DNA of 64,000 nucleotides from Octopus vulgaris (taxonomy: Eukaryota). Positions 54,490 to 64,000 of the stretch are shown here, one piece after another. A program made the position numbers and the translations under genes. The stretch lies in NCBI GenBank assembly GCA_951406725.2, contig OX597814.1:99820001-99884000 (forward strand), written 5' to 3'. The notes under the pieces are model-generated. The model was not told where the DNA came from. It made no database searches and was given only the letters and a program-made list of their open reading frames with translations. Position 1 is the first letter of the stretch, and every line of letters starts with the position of its first letter.

Positions 54490-54522
54490 TAGTAGTAACA
54501 GTAGTAGTAGTCGTAGCAGCAT

Positions 54523-54855
54523 GTGAAGGCGCATGGCTCAGTGGTTAGAGCTTACGATCGTGAGGTTGTGTGTTCGAATCCCGGACGGGGCTGCTTGTTG
54601 TGTTCTTGAGCAAGACACTTTATTTCACGTTGCTCCAGTCCACTCAGCTATAGAAATGGATTGCGACGTCACAGGGGCCAAGCCGTATCGGCCCCTTTGC
54701 CTTTCTCTTGGATAACACTGGTGGCATGGAGAGGGGAGGCCGGTATGCATGGGCGACTGCTGGTCTTCCAAAAACAACCTTACCCGGACTTGTGGCATGG
54801 AGGGTAACTTTCTGGGTGTAATCCCATGGTCAGTGTCGTGATCGAAAGGGGTCTC
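54523..54855 (+). mobile_element. tRNA-derived SINE (head A-like, tail Z) inserted in (AGT/AGC)n
   Basis: TGGCTCAGTGG A-box, GTTCGAATCCC B-box; TSD-like AGT(C/T)GTAGCAGCA on both sides. Confidence 0.9.
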
Positions 54856-54880
54856 AGTTGTAGCAGCAGCAGCAGCAGCC

Positions 54881-54929
<49 letters not shown>

Positions 54930-55463
54930 CGAATAAAAATTGTTTGCGAATAAATTTGATAGGCAAACAGTAGGATAGAATTCTGAGATGCTTTGCAAGT
55001 TATTAAATCTTCTTTCAACAACTAGAAGAATCAGAAATAATATATGTACGCACCCATTCACAAGTATAAGCATTTTGATACGTATACATTTATACACACC
55101 AATACATATACACGCACATATGTACATATACGTTTAAATATACGTGTGATTGTGTCTATATATCTATACACATACATACACACACACACATGTGTATGTG
55201 TGTTCCAGCGTGTTCCTGCATATGTATCTGTGCATTTGTATTTGTACGTCAGTGTTTCGGAATTGTATGTTCAACAACTGAACTGATCTCCGAGCGCAAA
55301 ATGAACTTTTTACAATTACATAGAAGAGGCCACATTTCGCTTATCATTTCTCAATAGACTGGAAAGTTTTGTGTATACGTAAATGGTTAAAATGAGTATT
55401 TCATCCTAAGAAGTACATACATATATACACACTGTGGGACTCACACAACCATATATATGTTTA

Positions 55464-55560
<97 letters not shown>

Positions 55561-55561
<1 letters not shown>

Positions 55562-55922
55562 TGGAGGTGAAATGGCCCAGTGGTTAGGGCAGTAGACTCG
55601 CAGTCAAAGGATCGCGGTTTGGATTCGCAGACCGGGCATTGTGAGCAAAATCACCTAAAGCTCCTCGTGGATCCGGCAGGCGGTGACGGTGAACCCTGCT
55701 GTACTCTTTCACCACAATTTTCTCTCACTCTTTCTTCCAGTTTCTGTTGTACCTGTATTTCAAAGGGCCAGTCTTGCCACACTGTGTCACGCTGAATCTC
55801 CCCGAGAACTACGTTAAGGGTACGTGTCTGTGGAATGCTCAGCGACCTGCACGTTAGTTTCAAGAGCATGCTGTTCCGTTGATCGGATCAACTGGAACCC
55901 TCGTTGTCGTAACAGAGTGCCA
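55561..55922 (+). mobile_element. tRNA-derived SINE (head B, tail X)
   Basis: Paralog of 1697-2080. Confidence 0.9.
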
Positions 55923-55987
<65 letters not shown>

Positions 55988-56474
55988 CTACAGCCTCTTG
56001 TAAATAGCAGTAATGTGATTAATGTGGCAAATACCTAATCATATAGCAAGAATTGATACCTACCGCATTGTGTTCAACCATTGATAAATTTATCGCCTGT
56101 GAATATGAAATTCCTTGGAAATTTACACCTACACCATTGGAAATTGTGCATCTATACAAAGGATTAATTCACCCTCTCTGTAATGCTAATAAGCAGGAAT
56201 TGAAACCCACCTCGTTGTAATTAACAATGGATAAATTTGCCTTCTGTGAGTATGTAGTCCCTCATCATATCTCTGGAAATTCATATGTGCACTATGGATT
56301 GGGTCACCTTCTCTGTGATGCTATTAAGACTTTTTTTTAAATTCTGTGATAAGACTGTACATCATCTTTAAAGAACTTTAATGAACTTTTGAAATCTGTT
56401 TATGTTACTTAATTATCTACATTACTTCATGAGTATAGCCTCAACCACTAGGATGTCTAGAGAACTCACATGTA

Positions 56475-56565
56475 TTTTAGCTGATGAGTACGGAACACGT
56501 TTATATGCTGTAATTTTTGCAACTTTTAATAAAACCTGTCCTTGTATGAAACGATTGTACTAAAA
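56475..56565 (+). ncRNA. Type I hammerhead ribozyme with about 60-nt stem II
   Basis: TTTTAG-CTGATGA-GTAC...GTAT-GAAA-CGATTG-T-A-CTAAAA: 6-bp stem I, canonical core, near-palindromic stem III; unit lies between TA-rich tracts. Confidence 0.82.
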
Positions 56566-56978
56566 ACCTATCCATTCTTGTTGCTTCATTCTCGCGTATA
56601 TATTTATATATATATATTTTATGTGTATATGCGTGTACATATATGTGTGTTTGTGTAAATTAGCTATTAAGGGGCTGTGTGGACAAAACTTTGTTGAATT
56701 TCAACACTGATACACGGATATCTATAAACAAAAATTATTTGCGTGGAAGAAGTTTAACATTTACATGATCTTATCAGCATTGGTTTTTATTACAACCATA
56801 TCTATATATTTATACATACTCCATTAAAGTTAATTCCCACTCCGCATTTGTATTTTCAACACATATAACTTACCTAGGGCGTTGAACATTTCTCTTCAGA
56901 AACAATACCTCAGATTCATAGGAAATATTTTCAAGTCTGCAACGTATACTGACATTTTCACAGAGATAGAGTGATATG

Positions 56979-57300
<322 letters not shown>

Positions 57301-57849
57301 GAAAGCGTGAGGAAGATAATATGTTTTTGTGTTGAAGGAATTTGCGCTTTGTGTGGTATCAAGTTTTACTTTTGAATAAACGTTAAGTTATGTGATCCTT
57401 CCAACTGAAAATTGAAAATAGGCGATAGATTGTAATCATTGTCAAAATCAAAAAGGCATATGTCAACTTCTTTCCATGACAGCAATATTTTCTTTCTGTT
57501 TTCGTGTTTGCTCACCCTCTTTACTTTACATTCTTCTGCAAACATAGTTATTTTTCATATGTAAAACTCGGGGGGATGTAATTGATTGATTTGTCTCAGC
57601 GATATTACTAGAATTTATAGACATCGACAATTAAACGCAGGAATATCGAGTTTTTAAATGTAAAACGTTCTTTTGAGTAAAGCGAAACTAGTTAAGTTAT
57701 ATTGTATTTTGGTGTTGTGTGTTTTGGTGGTCATAGTAGCAAAAAATGGAAGCGTCGATTGAAACTAGAATGATGAAACTCCAAATTTGTCTTGCAGTTA
57801 GACAACTGAGTAATTCAGTCTGAAATCTTTCCTTTAAGGAAGACTTCGT

Positions 57850-58980
57850 GCAAAACGCCATTGTTGAAATGCAGATTACAAAATAATGTTGCATGTTGAA
57901 AATGAGAAACGGCTTGCATAATTTTACATGTTATACAGATAGGTCTAGAGACTGTATTTGTAATGTGTATGTTAGCGGATGATTTTGTCTTTTCTGCAAA
58001 CACCACTCTATCAGATTGTCACTTAGACATTTAGCAACAATGCCAACTGCACCAAATATAAATGTACTCTATTAGAAAGAACTATTAGTATACACGTGAA
58101 AACAAAATATGTGTTGAAAAGCTGTAGCTTTCCAAGAAGTCACACGTAGATTCCTCTTTTTCTTATATTTTCAAAGAGTCATTCACATCATCAGTGCAGT
58201 TGACCTCTATGACAGTACATAATATTTCTTACCTATCCCCAGCAACGATGTCCGGTCTTTTATGTCTTCACTTGCTAGCAGTTTTGATGGGAATGTTCTG
58301 TGTTGATGTTACTGTATATATTCAGTAGAAGGAGAATCGAGAGAACCTATTTTCGGTTGGCACTGAATAATGATTTAGCGACAACGTCACGAGGTTTTGC
58401 GAAGTAATACTCTTATAACATATTTTGGAAGCTTCTGATTACATGTGCGACTTATTCCACAGGAATATGACATAGTCGACATTTTTGGCTGCATCTTAGG
58501 GCTTCATAGGCATCACAGTCTCTTCTGTTTGATAGGTACTTTGTAGCAACCTCCTGTTTGTGGATTGCCAAACATTAACCTTCGACATGTGATATGATAT
58601 ATCGGGCGATATTAGTGTCATCTGCAATTCTTCGGAAAACGTATACATGCATTGTTTTGTTTTGCTTTGCTGAACATTTCACATTTTGGTCTTTTTGGTG
58701 TATGCTAGTCTATCTGTGTTTGGTTGGATAACAGATCGTCAATTAGAAAGTACTTCCTGAGAAGATTACTGCCGACTTGTACGTTTACAGCTTTTATTTT
58801 TCCTGATGTTGTTCATCAGGTGCTGTCTGCGAGAGACTACGATATTCTAAGGATGTCAAAGGCAAGGAATTCTGTCTTCTCTGTAATTCTGAACTATTTT
58901 TCATTTTTTTTTTTTTAAATCCCCTAGTAAACACGGTTATAGAGCAGGCATACCGATGTAGACATTGGCAAAAATACACC
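57850..58980 (-). mobile_element. Old, decayed Dong/R4-like LINE 3' region
   Basis: AIHKQEVATKYL..KCRLCHIPVE*VAHVIRS..RDVVAK and FIFGAVGIVAKCL..VKLCKPFL across frames. Confidence 0.7.
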
Positions 58981-59499
58981 TTTAGTTCATATAAGTAATC
59001 TCTATCATTATGTAGAATTTAAACATTAATTTTATTTTATATTTAACATTCACTAAAATATCCCTTTCTATTGGCTACTTCTGACGTTATATCATATAAC
59101 GTTCTTTCAAACAATATTGATAGCGTTCAGTTAATCACCATACATATCCATCATTTTCTGTTAAAATATCTTATTAACGAGTTTCATTTCTTCACTTCCC
59201 CGAAGAGAAGATTGCATTGTTTTATACCATTTATTCTTTTGAATAATATCAGTGAAATCTTCGAAATAGGTGTCGGAATTAAAAAGTATTTGATATATAC
59301 CTGCATTAAACTTCATATATTTATTTATATATTATACCAAAAATTTCACGTAAACCCGAAGTTTCTACCTTTAAAAACAAGGAGTTACAAACTCTTTACT
59401 TGTGTGATTTGTTGCTACCCTGGTAACTATTTATCTATTTTCTCTGTGTTATTTGTTAACAACGGAAAATACACTAATCTCTCTCTCTCTATATATATA

Positions 59500-59750
59500 T
59501 ACACACACATATATGCGTGTGTGTATGTGTGTGTGTGTGTGTCTGTATTTGTCCCTCCGCCATCTCCTGACAACCGATGCTGGAGTGCATATGTCTCCGT
59601 AGCTTAACGTTTCAGCAAAAAGGACCGACGAAATAAGTTGTAGGTTCACAAGGAATAAGTCCTGGTCGATTTCTTCCACTAAATCTCTTTAAGGTGGCGT
59701 TTCAGCATGGCCGCGGTCAAATGACTGAAACAAGAATAAAATAAAAGAGA
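59500..59750 (+). mobile_element. 3' half of a GCAGGAGTGGCTGTGTGG-family SINE
   Basis: GACAACCGATGCTGG...CAGCATGGCCGCGGTCAAATGACTGAAACAAG. Confidence 0.78.
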
Positions 59751-59768
59751 AAGAGAGTAAAAAATATA

Positions 59769-60562
59769 CAGTGGTTGGACAAAATAATGGAAAAACCTAG
59801 CATCATTGCATCATAACTTTAAAATATCTATAAAACCATCAAAAGCTTGTTTATTATGTTTTTTTTAATTATTATTAGCGGCGCTTAATATGTTTTGTTA
59901 AAATTGCTGTTTCTTTTCAGATATAATCAGAAAAAGGTAGTTAAAATTCATTAAAAGGAGAGATCTATTGGACTTGCAAAGAGATCAAATTGTTGGTGCT
60001 CGTATGGCAGGCTCTAGCGTAACGAAAACAGCCAAAGTGTTTGATGTATCAAGAAGTAATGCCTCGAAAGCAATGAAAGCCTTTGAGAAAGAGTGAAAAA
60101 CCTCCTCGTCGAAACAAAACTCCGGAACTCCGGAAGAAAACCAAAAGTTTCAGATAGGGAACGTCAGAATCTTACGTTAATTATTAGAAAGGATCACACA
60201 AGTGCAGCTACCAGAATTACTGCAGAGCTTACTGACCACTTCAAGGACCCAGTTTCCGAAAAAACTGTTAGCCGGGAGCAGCAAAAAGCCGGGTTTCACG
60301 GGATGGTTGCAATCAGAAAACGACTAATTTCAAAAACAAACATTGCAAAGCGTTTAGAGTGGAGAATTGGTCCCTAGAGTTTTAGAAGAAAGTTATTTCT
60401 CGGATGAGTCATCTTTTACCTAATTTCCGACCACCGGCCGAGTATATGAGTGGAGACAGCCAAAAGAAGCATTTGATCCAGACTGCCTTCTTCCAAGTGT
60501 TAAACATAGAGGAGGATCTGTGATGATCTACGAGGCTACATCTTGGAAATCCGCCGGCTCAA
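59769..60562 (+). mobile_element. 3'-truncated Tc1-like transposon
   Basis: TA-CAGTGGTTGGACAAAATAATGG left end; QIVGARMAGSSVTKTAKVFDVSR, SGRKPK, SDESSF; right half missing. Confidence 0.85.
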
Positions 60563-60630
60563 TACATATACACATACATACATTTATATATATAAATATG
60601 TATATATATATATATATATATATGATTAAA

Positions 60631-60845
60631 GGCGGTGAGCAGGCAGAAATGTTAGCACGCCGGACAAAATGCTTAGAGATATTTCGTCTATCTTTACGTT
60701 CTTGGTTCAAATTCCGCCGTGGTGGACGTTGCCTTTCATCCTCCCGGGATCAATAAATTAAGTACCAGTTGCGTACTGGGGTCGATCTAATCGACTGGCC
60801 TTCTCCCACAAAATTTCGGGCCTTGTGTCTAGAGTAGAAAAGAAT
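60631..60845 (+). mobile_element. GGCGGCGAGCTGG-family SINE
   Basis: GGCGGTGAGCAGGCAGAAATGTTAGCACGCCGG, GGTTCAAATTCC. Confidence 0.88.
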
Positions 60846-61841
60846 ATCTTCTCTGTTCTGCTTACATCGATTTGTTGATTTTATTAGATCTTTAACAGGT
60901 GTAGACAATATCTGATCCTGGCGTAATGATGGTATGGCCGTCAAGCCAAACCTTCTTATGTATAATATTGCTGACTCTCTCAGGTATAATGTCATGCAAG
61001 TGAGCTATGTACAGCATAAACACTTGAACACAGAAAAAAATTCATTTGTGCAGCTTGTTCAGAAAGAAATTTCAGAACCCTCTTTCTCGTTCTATTATAT
61101 GTGTATGAGTGTTGCGTACAACCATACACCCATAAACCTATAATTAATCTCTCTTTGCCTTACTCTATCACATTGTATAATTTTTTTCTTGGTTACTGTT
61201 ACATCTATGCCGCTATTTCTTCAGCTTTTCTAGTACTGTAAGGATATCGGATCAATTTTTCTTCTTTACATATCCCTATGTATTCGCTGGGCTTCCATTT
61301 CGACGTCATTCGCCAATTGTCTCCCTTTCAAGAATGGCCGATAGAATGATTGATTTCTGCGCATTTAAAATAACATACCAGCATTTTTTCGGTTTTTCGG
61401 ATTCGAGGGACTTTGTAGGCAAAAGAATATGTTTTAAGAATACATCAATCGAAATACGTCATTGCTTCAATGACCAGTAATTGCGCATTTCACGGTAGAG
61501 GCAGAGAAGCTTCCAATTTTAGTAGTTCGTCTGTGAACATACACATGCAGATAGTTAAATAAATAGATAGATAAATTGGTATACATACATACACAAATAG
61601 ATACATACATGCGTACATGCATACAGGCATATATGTGTGTGTGTCCGTGTTCATGCATGCGCGCGTGTGTGTAGATAGATGGGTGGATAGATAGATAGAC
61701 TGAGTGGTTAATTGACAGATAGATATACTTACACATATATGCATGTGTATAAACATGTATGCACACACGTATACACGCATAATATATATTCAAATAGTTA
61801 GGGAGAGCGATATTGAAATAGAATACATAACTGATAAGATA

Positions 61842-61877
<36 letters not shown>

Positions 61878-61879
61878 TG

Positions 61880-61913
<34 letters not shown>

Positions 61914-61921
61914 TGTATGTA

Positions 61922-61962
<41 letters not shown>

Positions 61963-61992
61963 TACATATAAACATACATCTATACATACACA

Positions 61993-62037
<45 letters not shown>

Positions 62038-62575
62038 CATGTATACGGACAAGTAAACGTTACTATGCATGTATGCTTATATGTATATGTGTATAATGTA
62101 TTCTTATATACTTTTGTAAACGTTTATATACACTCACACGTGGGCGGACACATGCACAAACTTAAATGCTTATGTGCATACATTTATATATGTATACTTA
62201 TACACTTAACATGTACAGTCATATATATATACATCCATTCATACATACATACATATATACAACCACACATATTTAGAAATAGACATATATATATTATATA
62301 TCTGTTTTTCTGTGTGTATATATGTATTTATGTATTATTTATCTATTTATGTATTTATGTATTACGTATCAGGCTTTGCTAGAAATAAACAATCCTGCTG
62401 GACAGACCATAAGTTTCGAATAAGACCATGCCCGTACTTGACTATGATTGAATGTCTTCCAAGAAGTAATCCATTCACTAAGATATGTTCACTCAAGTCA
62501 TGAAATCCTGTTACATATCTCCTCCATTCACAGTATAATAAAGTACCTATTTTTCTGAGCTATGATTTCACCCAT

Positions 62576-62681
<106 letters not shown>

Positions 62682-62724
62682 GTGTGTGTATATGTATGTA
62701 TCCATGTATGTATATACTTTTTTG

Positions 62725-62805
62725 CTTTTTCTGAACTACTATCTATTCTTGTTCATCGCTTACAAGAAAGGTAAAAATAGATCGGCTGAAACGATTGTTA
62801 GAAAG
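62725..62805 (+). ncRNA. Decayed hammerhead (core partly lost)
   Basis: CTTTTT-CTGAAC(no G8/A9)..ATCTAT-TCTTGT/ACAAGA..ATAGAT..GAAA-CGATTG-T-T-AGAAAG; all three stems retained. Confidence 0.5.
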
Positions 62806-63292
62806 AGAAAATACGTATAATGTGTATATGTATAAAATCAGAAAGTAAGTGACCGCTTGCCTAAATAAAAATATAAAAAGCAAAAGAAAGGTATAAAATG
62901 TGTGGACAGTATCTGGAATCACGATATGCGCTTCTAACTCAATACGGATATATTTAACTGCTTTCGGCTACATCCAGCCATTCATTCTTTCCTGAAAGGA
63001 CTTCCCAAGTGTTTTTGCATAACTTACGTTGTTTTCTGTGATATGGAAACGCAAAAAAGTGTCAACGTTTCCATACTTATCTATCTATCTGTCTATCTAT
63101 TCAGACATCGATACACACGCATGCACACATACACATACAAAGACACACACATATGCATATATGTCTATGTATATATATATGTGTGTGTTTGTGTGTGTCT
63201 TCATACATGCATACATATGTGTGTGTATATATATATATATAAAGATATAAATATGTATACATACATGTACATAGGTATACATATATATATAC

Positions 63293-63332
<40 letters not shown>

Positions 63333-63400
63333 ATCCTTACACATCCACATACACACGCACACAAACACAGACAGACAGACAGACACACACACACACACAC

Positions 63401-63441
<41 letters not shown>

Positions 63442-63879
63442 TACATATATATTTATATGTGTGTGTAGTGTGTGAATACGTGTGAGTTTCTCTCTTTTAC
63501 TTCCGCTGACCAATCTATAACGCAAAAAATTAGCAGACAAGCACAGACAACTTAAAAAGCATCATTCAGTGTAGCGTAGAATGCTTCGTGAGCAATTGTA
63601 TCTTGGTGCGACAATGCTATTTCTTATTTGGACATTGGTATTCTGTATCAGTCGATCGGAAACGGAAAGGGCGTGATGTATTCACAGGATCCTTGTGCAG
63701 TTTTTTTTTAATGTTATTTTTATTCGTCTCGTGTAGTCATTGACCACATCGCCTTAAAGGAAGTTAAAGGAAGTTTTAACCGCTGCTTCATGGTGTGATG
63801 AACTCTTAGAAATAAGGATCTAGGAAATGTAAAGATTGCTTTACGTAAGAAAACGTATGGTGAAACATACGTGCGCATA

Positions 63880-63933
<54 letters not shown>

Positions 63934-63964
63934 CATGCATATATGAATATATTTTGACATATAA

Positions 63965-64000
<36 letters not shown>

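Noticed and set aside
59071-59607. 178-aa ORF
   Set aside because: AT-rich, no recognisable domain, and its 3' part runs through microsatellite and SINE sequence
60850-61500. Upstream continuation of the old Dong/R4 element (VWLDGHTIITP-like segment)
   Set aside because: Only one weak motif; cannot be supported without a profile search
62950-62990. Minus-strand GGCT(GGATGT)AGCC-GAAA-GCAGTT
   Set aside because: No recognisable CUGANGA strand or stem I

Overview
Gene-poor, AT-rich, microsatellite-saturated animal DNA (intergenic or intronic). The SINE families and repeat composition resemble those of Octopus; this is recognition from memory, not a database hit. No host protein-coding exon, rRNA or intact tRNA gene can be supported. 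Nearly all ORF-track entries are microsatellite artefacts or transposon remnants. Mobile content: a full-length decayed mariner (DD34D), a full-length decayed maT/DD37D-like element, two further Tc1/mariner remnants, two inverted copies of a Tx1/L1-like LINE sitting in (ATCT)n, four Dong/R4-like RLE-LINE remnants (three stacked in one (TAA)n array), RTE and CR1/L2 fragments, Penelope-like (PLE) RT and GIY-YIG fragments, and about 20 tRNA-derived SINEs. The most notable signal is a dense set of type I hammerhead ribozyme motifs (six well formed, several decayed) with palindromic stem III and stem II lengths from about 11 to about 100 nt, mostly in short PLE-like units embedded in (TA)n. Also notable: partitioning of microsatellite targets among retroelements, SINE dimers with a fixed palindromic junction, head/tail module shuffling among SINEs, and several fold-back structures.
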